A stretch of 20,000 bases of DNA from an uncultured virus (IMG/VR IMGVR_UViG_3300000115_000010) (IMGVR_UViG_3300000115_000010:58041-78040), one strand, 5' to 3'. Counted from the stretch's first letter, positions 1 through 7,570 are shown. Numbers and translations: made by a program. The notes: generated by a model not told the origin, from the sequence alone.

Positions 1-249
1 CGTAGTTGTGATGTTGATATGATGCGTGATACATTCCATAGTATTGTAGACGGAGAGTACGCAGAGTTGTTATTTAAACTATTCGGTAAAGAACGTGTAG
101 AAGCAGAACTAGAAGAGTTCCTCAAGTTTGACTTCTTCCAAAGAGTAGGCGGCGGAATTGGTATTACACGTATGATACCTGCACTAGAAAAAATAAATGC
201 ACTGAGTGAGCCAATGGGTATGATTCAACCCATGCTTCGTTCAGCATAA
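1..249 (+). CDS. C-terminal part of an AsnA-like / class IIb aminoacyl-tRNA synthetase catalytic-domain protein (5' truncated by the window edge)
   Basis: Frame 1 is open from base 1 (RSCDVDMMRDTF...) to TAA 247-249. It contains FFQRVGGGIGITRM, matching class II aaRS motif 3 (AsnA GGGIGxSR; Asp/AsnRS GxGxGxER). A tRNA-Asn follows directly. Confidence 0.7.
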   Translation, partial: RSCDVDMMRDTFHSIVDGEYAELLFKLFGKERVEAELEEFLKFDFFQRVGGGIGITRMIPALEKINALSEPMGMIQPMLRSA

Positions 250-256
250 AGTTTAT

Positions 257-357
257 TCCAGGGTGGAGAAATTGGTAGACTCGCACGACTGTTTATCGTG
301 TGATAGATGTTCCGCAAAATATTTATCGTGTAGGTTCGAGTCCTACCCCTGGAGCCA
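257..357 (+). tRNA. tRNA-Asn(GTT), atypical class II structure with long variable arm, encoded CCA
   Basis: Acceptor TCCAGGG(257-263)/CCCTGGA(347-353), G73 and CCA(355-357). D arm GAG-AAATTGGTAGA-CTC. Anticodon stem CACGA/TCGTG with loop CTGTTTA (GTT 291-293). Variable stem 302-311/318-327. T arm GTAGG-TTCGAGT-CCTAC. Confidence 0.92.
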
Positions 358-363
358 ATAAAA

Positions 364-408
364 TATGACCTACAGATCATAAAACTATAATATGGTCTAT
401 AGGTCATA
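364..408. repeat. Imperfect 18-bp inverted repeat (hairpin) just downstream of the tRNA
   Basis: TATGACCTACAGATCATA (364-381), a 9-nt loop, then TATGGTCTATAGGTCATA (391-408): 16 Watson-Crick pairs, one G-U and one mismatch. Confidence 0.8.
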
Positions 409-418
409 AATATGTGTA

Positions 419-1015
419 ATGAATTACATTGAAAAATTAGAACAATCAGATATATTTCGTTATATAAAAGACAAAAAAGTACTAGAAATTGGTACTGCAG
501 AAGGTTACTATTGGAATCTTTACAAAAAATATAATCCTTTAAATATAACCGGATTAGATCCAGATGATAGATGGAGTCTGACAGATGGTGTAAAAAGAGA
601 GAATATAATAAAATACGGCTGGGAAAAATATTTGCCAGTAACTGGCTATGACGTTATTATTGCATATGGTGTAATATACAAGTTAAGCAGTCCATTACAT
701 TTTTTAGAAACATTAGTCAGGTCTGAGCCACAAGTTATAATGATCGAACAAGTAGATCGTTGGGGCCAACCAGGTATTTCAAAATATCAGTCTATTAGAG
801 ATGGACGACGGGGAGATATTATCTATAGTGATAGGTATAATAGTAAAATTCATATGCATGCACCGGAAGATTTAATTGTAAAAGCAATGAATAATATGAA
901 TTATGAATTAGTTCAAAAAGAAGTTATCAGGGCAACTGATGATGATGAGTTTTGGATGATTAGAGGCAAAAAAAGCACAAAACAATTTACATTTTTAAAT
1001 AAAAATAATATATAA
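419..1015 (+). CDS. Class I SAM-dependent methyltransferase
   Basis: Motif I KKVLEIGTAEG, acidic residue after beta2 (ITGLDPD), and YDVIIAYGVIYKL..P..FLE post-II pattern. Confidence 0.8.
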   Translation: MNYIEKLEQSDIFRYIKDKKVLEIGTAEGYYWNLYKKYNPLNITGLDPDDRWSLTDGVKRENIIKYGWEKYLPVTGYDVIIAYGVIYKLSSPLHFLETLVRSEPQVIMIEQVDRWGQPGISKYQSIRDGRRGDIIYSDRYNSKIHMHAPEDLIVKAMNNMNYELVQKEVIRATDDDEFWMIRGKKSTKQFTFLNKNNI

Positions 1016-1033
1016 AAACACTGGAAACAAAAC

Positions 1034-1062
1034 TTGACAATACCCTCGATTGTTGCTATTAT
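1034..1062 (+). promoter_or_regulatory. sigma70-type early promoter
   Basis: TTGACA(1034-1039)-N17-TATTAT(1057-1062) with extended -10 TG. Confidence 0.8.
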
Positions 1063-1089
1063 AGGTAGATAAACAATTGAGGGTTATTC

Positions 1090-2070
1090 ATGACATATAT
1101 TCTAGTAGACACAGCAAACATGTTTTTTCGTGCAAGGCATGTAGTACGTGGAGATGATATTGATACCAAAATTGGTATGGCATATCACATTATGTTTGCA
1201 AGTATTTTAAAAGCATATAGAGACTTTAACGGCAGTCATGTTGTATTCTGTTTAGAAGGACGCAGTTGGCGTAAAGACTTTTATGAGCCTTACAAAGCTA
1301 ATCGCAAAGTAGCTCGTGATGCACTTACTCCTAAGGAAGAGGAAGAAGATAAGGCATATTGGGAAGCATTTGACAATCTTAAAGAGTTTATGGAAACTCG
1401 AACAAATTGCACAGTACTGCAACACAAACAATGTGAAGCTGATGACTTTATTGCACGTTGGATACAGAATCATCCTGATGATGAACATGTTATTATTAGT
1501 AGCGATAGTGACTTTTATCAGTTACTCACAGACAAAGTAACACAGTACAATGGAATTAGTAATCAGCATATTAAAATAGATGGTATTGTAAACGACAAAG
1601 GCAAGCCTGTAATTGACAAGAAAACTAAAGAGCAAAAACAAATTGGTGATCCTAGTTGGTTGCTGTTTGAAAAGTGTATGAGAGGCGATAGCAGTGATAA
1701 CGTGTTTAGTGCTTTTCCAGGTGTTCGTAAAAAAGGTACAAAAAACAAAGTTGGTCTACTTGAGGCATTTGCTGATAAAGATGCAAAAGGCTTTGACTGG
1801 AACAATATGATGCTACAACGTTGGGTGGATCATAATGGTGATGAACATCGAGTACTAGATGATTATCTACGCAATGTAACACTAGTCGATCTCACACAAC
1901 AGCCTGATGATATTAAAGTAGCATTGGATGATGTCATTACTTCACAAGTACAAGCTACTCCAGTTAGTGGTGTAGGTATTCATTTTATGCGGTTTTGTGG
2001 AACATATGATTTACAACGTATCAGCGATAACTCTCAAGCACATGCAGAATATTTAAATGCAGCCTACTGA
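1090..2070 (+). CDS. rnh: T4 RNase H-like 5'-3' exonuclease (FEN/PIN fold)
   Basis: N-terminal ILVD, SWRKDFYEPYKANRK, EADDFIA, IISSDSDFYQL and GDSSDNV.SAFPG motifs of the 5'-3' exonuclease/T4 RNase H family. Confidence 0.9.
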   Translation: MTYILVDTANMFFRARHVVRGDDIDTKIGMAYHIMFASILKAYRDFNGSHVVFCLEGRSWRKDFYEPYKANRKVARDALTPKEEEEDKAYWEAFDNLKEFMETRTNCTVLQHKQCEADDFIARWIQNHPDDEHVIISSDSDFYQLLTDKVTQYNGISNQHIKIDGIVNDKGKPVIDKKTKEQKQIGDPSWLLFEKCMRGDSSDNVFSAFPGVRKKGTKNKVGLLEAFADKDAKGFDWNNMMLQRWVDHNGDEHRVLDDYLRNVTLVDLTQQPDDIKVALDDVITSQVQATPVSGVGIHFMRFCGTYDLQRISDNSQAHAEYLNAAY

Positions 2071-2566
2071 TACGTATAAATATAATGCGAAGAGTGTTAT
2101 AGAAGATAGTTTCTGGATTGTAGAAAATCGTGGTAATCGAGTTGGAACAATTAGAAAAAATTTAGATAGCTATACGTTTTATAATACTTTAGAAAAGACA
2201 GAAACGTTAGTGGATATCAAAGACTTTAATATTACAACTGTTACTACAAAGACTACAAGTAACAATCAATCAGTATTAGGGTTTCCAACTAACCAGGATA
2301 TAGTGTATAACGGTCAGCTACTAGATAATGTGCCTGCTTACACAAAGACACCCAAAAGCAACACATATTTTGTGGCTGGGTATTGGGCATTATTATTTGC
2401 TACAGGATGGAGGCCGAGCTTTTGTCCAAGACATAAAACACAGCAAGGTTACACTAGCTTAGGACCATTTAAAAACGAAGCTGACATGCATCTTGCTATA
2501 AAAAGACAAGGATCGGATTATGAAACTCTTACTAGCAGGGGCAATAGCACTACTACCAGTTATTAG
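2057..2566 (+). CDS. Hypothetical phage protein
   Basis: 169-aa ORF overlapping the rnh stop and collinear with its neighbours; no motif recognised. Confidence 0.75.
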   Translation: MQPTDTYKYNAKSVIEDSFWIVENRGNRVGTIRKNLDSYTFYNTLEKTETLVDIKDFNITTVTTKTTSNNQSVLGFPTNQDIVYNGQLLDNVPAYTKTPKSNTYFVAGYWALLFATGWRPSFCPRHKTQQGYTSLGPFKNEADMHLAIKRQGSDYETLTSRGNSTTTSY

Positions 2567-2900
2567 TGTTGCACAAGAAAACCCCAAAGCTCTAAAATCG
2601 CCAACTGCAAGAACATTTTTTGCTACACATGCATGTGACAATGTCATGACAATGACAGATCTAGTAGTGGGAAAATACAGAGAACAACCATTATTTAAAG
2701 CAATGGGTCTGCAATTTTCTGCACAAGATGGAAAGGCATATGCTGGTAGTATGATGATGTTTGTTAATCAGGATACTGGCACATGGAGTTTGATCACACT
2801 ATACCCAGACGGTACTGGATGTATGGTTGCTACTGGTAGAGAGTTTGAACCTTATAATGGACCTAAAATTAATCCTTCTAAAAAGGAATATACTCCATAA
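2520..2900 (+). CDS. Hypothetical exported protein with signal peptide
   Basis: MKLLLAGAIALLPVISVA-Q looks like a Sec signal peptide; two Cys; AAGGA upstream. Confidence 0.75.
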   Translation: MKLLLAGAIALLPVISVAQENPKALKSPTARTFFATHACDNVMTMTDLVVGKYREQPLFKAMGLQFSAQDGKAYAGSMMMFVNQDTGTWSLITLYPDGTGCMVATGREFEPYNGPKINPSKKEYTP

Positions 2901-3088
2901 TGTGGACATTAGTTTTTATATACTTCTATGAAATAACACCTTATGTAGAGTTAATAAGCACCCATACCAATATGGTAGAGTGTTTCCAAGCAAGAGAAGA
3001 GTTAAGTGAATTTCATGGTATGGGAGGTGGCTATTTCAAACCAGAACAGCAAGCCATATGTATTAACATGAATGGGTCAGATATATAA
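2900..3088 (+). CDS. Small hypothetical protein
   Basis: TAATG coupling to the upstream gene; hydrophobic N-terminus and two Cys. Confidence 0.65.
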   Translation: MWTLVFIYFYEITPYVELISTHTNMVECFQAREELSEFHGMGGGYFKPEQQAICINMNGSDI

Positions 3089-3158
3089 TTTAAATATCAC
3101 AATTATATGGTGTTTTAACTAAATACATTAAAGCAGTATACAATGATGGAATTTAAAA

Positions 3159-3470
3159 ATGGCAAGACCTAAACCAAAAATATTAATGGAATTTACCGAC
3201 CCTAAAAGTTATCGTAGCGAACAGATACTAGATGCAGATGCTATCTATGCAGTGTTTCATAATAACAAACCTATTAATTTGCGTAGCTTAAATAGCTTAG
3301 TAAATTTTCCAGGACCTAAATATAAAAAAGTTAGCTTTAGTAATAGCGGCCATGCTTTCAACTTAGCAACTCGATTAAACAAGTTATTTAAAACAGATTC
3401 ATTTACAGTAGTAAAGTTACTCGAGGGACAGATAGTAATAGAGAAAGATGACAACGGAAGCCTTTTATAA
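3159..3470 (+). CDS. Hypothetical phage protein
   Basis: 103-aa basic ORF (MARPKPKILME) after an intergenic gap containing TAAATA and GGA. Confidence 0.75.
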   Translation: MARPKPKILMEFTDPKSYRSEQILDADAIYAVFHNNKPINLRSLNSLVNFPGPKYKKVSFSNSGHAFNLATRLNKLFKTDSFTVVKLLEGQIVIEKDDNGSLL

Positions 3471-3810
3471 TAGCATACTAACACATGCAAAAAATTCACA
3501 TTGGGCTGACGAGAATATTTCATTACGTAATCTGTTTAAAAATTATCGTAATAATAGCGGTCTTAGTTTAACTAGGCTTGGACTTCGTATAATGCAAGAT
3601 ATGGGCATAGAATACGAAACATTTAAAAGTAATGATGAAATTAAATTTACTGCAAAATTTAGAATTGTCATGGACAGATATAATCAATATCCATATTACT
3701 TTACTAAGAATCAGTTAATATTATTTGGTAGTGAAGATCGTATAATGTATAAATTATATGGTAAAAATCTTGATGCATGGATCGAACATATGGAAGAACA
3801 ATTGAATTAA
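3448..3810 (+). CDS. Hypothetical phage protein
   Basis: 120-aa ORF overlapping the upstream gene. Confidence 0.7.
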   Translation: MTTEAFYNSILTHAKNSHWADENISLRNLFKNYRNNSGLSLTRLGLRIMQDMGIEYETFKSNDEIKFTAKFRIVMDRYNQYPYYFTKNQLILFGSEDRIMYKLYGKNLDAWIEHMEEQLN

Positions 3811-3824
3811 TTTCATTTCTGCTA

Positions 3825-3853
3825 TTGACACTTGGATATATTGGTGCTATAAG
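3825..3853 (+). promoter_or_regulatory. sigma70-type early promoter
   Basis: TTGACA(3825-3830)-N17-TATAAG(3848-3853) with extended TG; AGGAG RBS downstream. Confidence 0.8.
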
Positions 3854-3882
3854 CCAAATATACGTTAACAAGGAGAGTTGAA

Positions 3883-4302
3883 ATGGTACTTGAAGCAAAA
3901 CTAGTTAATTATATTTTAGCCCAGCATGCCGAAGCAGATGCATTTGAAGCAGAAGCTCCAGGTAATTGGATGGGCCGTTTGCCATCACCACAAGATACTG
4001 CATACTGGACAGCCCGTGTCCCAACTGGAACGTTTGCAGAGTTTAATCGTATTGAACTTGAAGAGTCAGCATATTATGCAACCGCAGATGCTTACAGTAA
4101 GTCATACGCTCGTAGCTTTGATTTCTCAACTATGTCAGATGCCCAGTTGGACGCTGTTATTACAGAAGCATGTAATGAAATGGATTACCAGCATAAAGCT
4201 GAAGAAGCTTATAAAAAAGCTGAAGAACTTAAAATGACAGAACTTGCAAATTCACTTAACGTAGATATGAATACTCTTAACAGATGGATGGAGGCAGCAT
4301 AA
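3883..4302 (+). CDS. Hypothetical early protein
   Basis: AGGAG RBS and upstream promoter; 139 aa, acidic and helical. Confidence 0.8.
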   Translation: MVLEAKLVNYILAQHAEADAFEAEAPGNWMGRLPSPQDTAYWTARVPTGTFAEFNRIELEESAYYATADAYSKSYARSFDFSTMSDAQLDAVITEACNEMDYQHKAEEAYKKAEELKMTELANSLNVDMNTLNRWMEAA

Positions 4303-4511
4303 TGACCGAATATGATGAAATACATGGTGGACCGTTTGATAGGGGGAGTGCAGATAGTTATTACCGACGTCCACCAGAACCACATTATTATCCGCAAGGA
4401 ACGTATACTGGACCGAGAATTGAAGAACATCAAATGACACCAGAACAAATTAAAGCATATTGTGCTGGTTTTGATGATAATGAAGCTAACGGCATGTATA
4501 AGGAGTGGTAA
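4302..4511 (+). CDS. Small hypothetical phage protein (HGGPFDRGSADSYY motif)
   Basis: TAATG coupling with GGAGG upstream, so the start is placed at 4302 rather than 4284. Confidence 0.75.
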   Translation: MTEYDEIHGGPFDRGSADSYYRRPPEPHYYPQGTYTGPRIEEHQMTPEQIKAYCAGFDDNEANGMYKEW

Positions 4512-4512
4512 A

Positions 4513-4761
4513 ATGTTCGATACATTAAATTTTAAACCAGTTCGTGAAGGACATTGGCAAGCAAAGGAACAGTTTGGCAAATACCAGTTGAGTATTGTTT
4601 TACTACCTGGAAAAACTTTATATGAAGCTGCCATATTTAAAGATGGTGATTTTGTACAATTGCCAGGTATCAACTATGATGACGATGTTATTCCAGGCTT
4701 GACAAAGAATATGGTAACTGCTATTATGCAAAAATTGGAACTTATAAAAATAGCAAGTTAA
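4513..4761 (+). CDS. Hypothetical protein
   Basis: AGGAG at 4501-4505 precedes ATG 4513 (MFDTLNFK), preferred over 4462. Confidence 0.7.
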   Translation: MFDTLNFKPVREGHWQAKEQFGKYQLSIVLLPGKTLYEAAIFKDGDFVQLPGINYDDDVIPGLTKNMVTAIMQKLELIKIAS

Positions 4762-4971
4762 ATGAAACCTAAATGGGCGGCATGTGTTGGACTTAGTAGA
4801 ATTGGTGACAGTCGTTGGCCATGGAAACAACAACGAACAGAATGTTGGAATGATATGGTGCGCCGTCCGTATCCATATTATTTAAGATTAGTACCAAATC
4901 GATGGATATGGTATACTATTCGTGGAGCAAAAGTCTGCTTTTGGAAAAGAAAAAGAAAGGATATGAAATGA
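4762..4971 (+). CDS. Small basic Trp/Arg-rich hypothetical protein
   Basis: Fills the gap exactly between neighbours and has an ATGA overlap with the next gene. Confidence 0.5.
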   Translation: MKPKWAACVGLSRIGDSRWPWKQQRTECWNDMVRRPYPYYLRLVPNRWIWYTIRGAKVCFWKRKRKDMK

Positions 4972-5375
4972 CACCTGTATTATATATTTTGATGAGAACT
5001 GATTTGGGTTCAATGAATCCTGGTAAAGCTATGGCTCAAGCCAGTCATGCTAGTAATGCATTTGTACATTCAGCAGAGCCTGGATACAATGTAGATGAAA
5101 AACTGTTTGAAGAATGGCGACAGTCAACAACACAAGGTTTTGGTACTGTGTTGGTACTTGGTGTAAATGAAGCTCAAATGAGAACCGCAGTTGATGTTGC
5201 ATCCAATTGTGGCATAGATAAGTTTCCATGTGACATTATACATGATCCAACTTACCCACTACAAGATGGCGACACCACACATTTTATTCCTGTGGACACT
5301 TGTGGTTATATATTTGGAGATAAAGATAATGTATTATTGCAATCAATATTAGGAAACTTTGAATTACACTATTGA
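4968..5375 (+). CDS. PTH2-family peptidyl-tRNA hydrolase-like protein
   Basis: YILMRTDL.SMNPGKAMAQASHA matches the PTH2 N-terminal signature (VRxDLxMxxGKxxAQxxHA); later VLVLGV and IIHD..; AAGGA RBS and ATGA overlap. Confidence 0.78.
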   Translation: MTPVLYILMRTDLGSMNPGKAMAQASHASNAFVHSAEPGYNVDEKLFEEWRQSTTQGFGTVLVLGVNEAQMRTAVDVASNCGIDKFPCDIIHDPTYPLQDGDTTHFIPVDTCGYIFGDKDNVLLQSILGNFELHY

Positions 5376-5400
5376 CAACAGATTATAATGGCATTATAAG
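5372..5400 (+). promoter_or_regulatory. sigma70-type early promoter
   Basis: TTGACA(5372-5377, overlapping the upstream TGA stop)-N17-TATAAG(5395-5400). Confidence 0.75.
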
Positions 5401-5435
5401 CAAAGAGTAAGTTAACACAAACTAGGAGAAATAAA

Positions 5436-5702
5436 ATGGTAGATATGAATACAGCAATTAATCAAGTGCGTAATATGGACTCAGATCAACTTAATGAAAT
5501 GATTGCAGAAATTAAATTACGCCGAAATTACATTTCTAGTACTACTGCCCGTAGTTTAGTTAAAGGCGCAAAAGTACAATTTACAGGCCGGGGTGGTGAA
5601 GTTATAACTGGCACTGTTACTAAAGTTAATCAGAAAACTGTTGTTGTAGACGCAGGCGTGATTAAGTGGAAAGTTACTGCAAGCATGTTAACACAAATTT
5701 AA
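5436..5702 (+). CDS. Small hypothetical protein with SH3/KOW-like C-terminal beta barrel
   Basis: AGGAG RBS; LVKGAKVQF...GTVTKVNQKTVVV..WKV pattern. Confidence 0.7.
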   Translation: MVDMNTAINQVRNMDSDQLNEMIAEIKLRRNYISSTTARSLVKGAKVQFTGRGGEVITGTVTKVNQKTVVVDAGVIKWKVTASMLTQI

Positions 5703-5706
5703 TAAT

Positions 5707-5735
5707 ATAGGGGCTTGACACTCAAGCCCCTATTT
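5707..5735 (+). terminator. Hairpin (putative intrinsic terminator) overlapping the next promoter's -35 box
   Basis: ATAGGGGCTTGA-CAC-TCAAGCCCCTAT, a perfect 12-bp stem followed by a short T run. Confidence 0.7.
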
Positions 5736-5743
5736 GCTATGAT
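5715..5743 (+). promoter_or_regulatory. sigma70-type early promoter
   Basis: TTGACA(5715-5720)-N17-TATGAT(5738-5743) with extended TG. Confidence 0.8.
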
Positions 5744-5766
5744 TACGTGTAACGAAGGAGAAAACA

Positions 5767-5979
5767 ATGTCAGACCAAAATGTAAAAAGAGACCGTGCTC
5801 GTAAATCACTTACTGCTATATCCAAAGCGGCAGAAGCCAAATATGGCGACAATGCACCTTCATACATGTCGGGCTACTTGGAAAGTGCAATGGTTGAGGC
5901 AATGCTTAAGATGTCACAAAAAGATTTTGATAATCGTCTAGCACAGTTTGCGACAGCCACAGTTAACCTTAGCGTATAG
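5767..5979 (+). CDS. Small hypothetical early protein
   Basis: AAGGAG RBS and upstream promoter. Confidence 0.75.
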   Translation: MSDQNVKRDRARKSLTAISKAAEAKYGDNAPSYMSGYLESAMVEAMLKMSQKDFDNRLAQFATATVNLSV

Positions 5980-5990
5980 GAGATATACAC

Positions 5991-6392
5991 ATGTTAGATT
6001 CAATAGTAAAATTTGAAGATGTAGACGAAACAGTTTTGTGGAACGAATGGTTTGATGAAATTTCTATTCACACTGCTGACCTCCAAGAAGAACTAGGATA
6101 CGACACTATTTGGAGCATTAGCGAAACTGGATGTGCTGGCCTAGACCATAAGATTTTTAAAGGTGAGAACTACTTGGTACATTACCGTTGCATTAAAGAA
6201 ATTATTAGCATGGATGATGTAACATACGTTGGTTATACTGCCGTTGCTAAAGATGGTTCAATTGGAGAGCTTTGGAAAGCTGCTGAAAGTTGCTTCCAAC
6301 AAGCCCAAGCACACAACAGTGATTGGCATCACTTCATTGAAGACTTTGAAATGAAAGATGATGGAACACTAGAATTAATTACGGGATCATAA
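5991..6392 (+). CDS. Acidic hypothetical protein
   Basis: AGGAG RBS; 133 aa ending DWHHFIEDFE...ELITGS. Confidence 0.8.
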   Translation: MLDSIVKFEDVDETVLWNEWFDEISIHTADLQEELGYDTIWSISETGCAGLDHKIFKGENYLVHYRCIKEIISMDDVTYVGYTAVAKDGSIGELWKAAESCFQQAQAHNSDWHHFIEDFEMKDDGTLELITGS

Positions 6393-6400
6393 TTAAGGTG

Positions 6401-6429
6401 TTGACACTTTAATTGTAACCTGCTAATCT
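6401..6429 (+). promoter_or_regulatory. sigma70-type promoter, -35 box within an inverted repeat
   Basis: TTGACA(6401-6406)-N17-TAATCT(6424-6429) with TG; flanking AATTAAGGTG/CACTTTAATT inverted repeat at 6391-6414. Confidence 0.65.
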
Positions 6430-6460
6430 AGTAAAGTAATATAAAACAGAGGAAAATAAA

Positions 6461-7561
6461 ATGTTAGATACTACTGAAACCCGTAGCGTTAAATTAAGTG
6501 AAGTAAGCAAGTATGCAAAGCATCACTTTAAAACTAAACGTCCCATGTTTGTTTGGGGACCTCCAGGAATCGGAAAATCAGAAACATTTCAACAGATTGT
6601 AGCAGATTACAATAAAAGTGGTAAAAAGGCAAAACTAATTGATTGTCGTTTAGCACTATGGGATCCAACAGATCTCAAAGGTTATCCTTATTATGATCCA
6701 AAATCAAATAAGATGAAATTCAGTGCACCTGATGAACTTCCAGATGAAGAGATGGCTGCTGAATACGATATTATTGTACTGTTCTTAGACGAACTTAATG
6801 GTGCCGCACCAGCAACGCAAGCCGCAGCATATCAGTTGATCCTTAATCGTGCAATTGGTAAATATAAACTGCCAGACAATGTAGTAATTGCCGCTGCAGG
6901 CAACCGTGAGACAGACAAGGGTGTTACATACCGTATGCCTAAACCACTAGCTAATCGCTTCTTACATTATGAGGTACGTGTAGAATTTCATGATTGGTTT
7001 GACTGGGCTGTACGTAATCATATACATCCTGATGTTGTAGGATATGTGACTACATTTAAAGAAGATCTTTATAACTTTGATCCAGGCTCAAGTGAGCGTA
7101 GTTTTGCAACACCACGTAGTTGGACATTCGTAAGTGAAACAATTGAGGACGTAGAAGGATTTACTGAAGAAGAAGTAACTGACATGGTTGCCGCTGGTAT
7201 TGGTGAAGGCATTGCACTAAAGTTTAAAGCACATCGTGAGATTGCTGGACAACTTCCTAATCCAAGCGATATACTTTCAGGAAGTATAAAAGAATTAAAT
7301 ACTGATAATGTTAGTGCTAAGTATAGTTTAACAACTGCACTATGCTACGAACTTAAATCAGCATTTGATAATGATGAAGAAGAAAAGCACAAATGGTTTG
7401 ACAATTTCTTAGCATTTATCCAAGCAAACTTTGAAGCAGAAATGGTTGTTATGGCTACTACTATTGCTCTTAGCAAATATGGTATACGTGTAAAGTTTAA
7501 CCAACTTAATAACTATAAGCCATTTATTGCAAAGTATGGAAAACTTATAGAACAGGCATAG
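6461..7561 (+). CDS. MoxR-like AAA+ ATPase
   Basis: Walker A WGPPGIGKS, Walker B VLFLDE, sensor AAGNR, arginine finger LANRF, TPRSW. Confidence 0.92.
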   Translation: MLDTTETRSVKLSEVSKYAKHHFKTKRPMFVWGPPGIGKSETFQQIVADYNKSGKKAKLIDCRLALWDPTDLKGYPYYDPKSNKMKFSAPDELPDEEMAAEYDIIVLFLDELNGAAPATQAAAYQLILNRAIGKYKLPDNVVIAAAGNRETDKGVTYRMPKPLANRFLHYEVRVEFHDWFDWAVRNHIHPDVVGYVTTFKEDLYNFDPGSSERSFATPRSWTFVSETIEDVEGFTEEEVTDMVAAGIGEGIALKFKAHREIAGQLPNPSDILSGSIKELNTDNVSAKYSLTTALCYELKSAFDNDEEEKHKWFDNFLAFIQANFEAEMVVMATTIALSKYGIRVKFNQLNNYKPFIAKYGKLIEQA

Positions 7562-7570
7562 GCGACTATG

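Noticed and set aside
301..329. Extra tRNA sequence as an intron, or the gene as tRNA-Sec, a suppressor or an allo-tRNA
   Set aside because: The extra stem sits at the variable-arm position rather than in the anticodon loop, and no bulge-helix-bulge is evident. The fold is canonical 7/5 and the anticodon is GTT, not TCA or CTA.
225..407. 60-aa minus-strand ORF
   Set aside because: It is the antisense shadow of the tRNA and hairpin, with no RBS or protein motif.
2075..2082. Perfect T4 late promoter TATAAATA
   Set aside because: It lies inside the 2057-2566 coding region with no convincing downstream start, so it is plausibly chance in AT-rich DNA.
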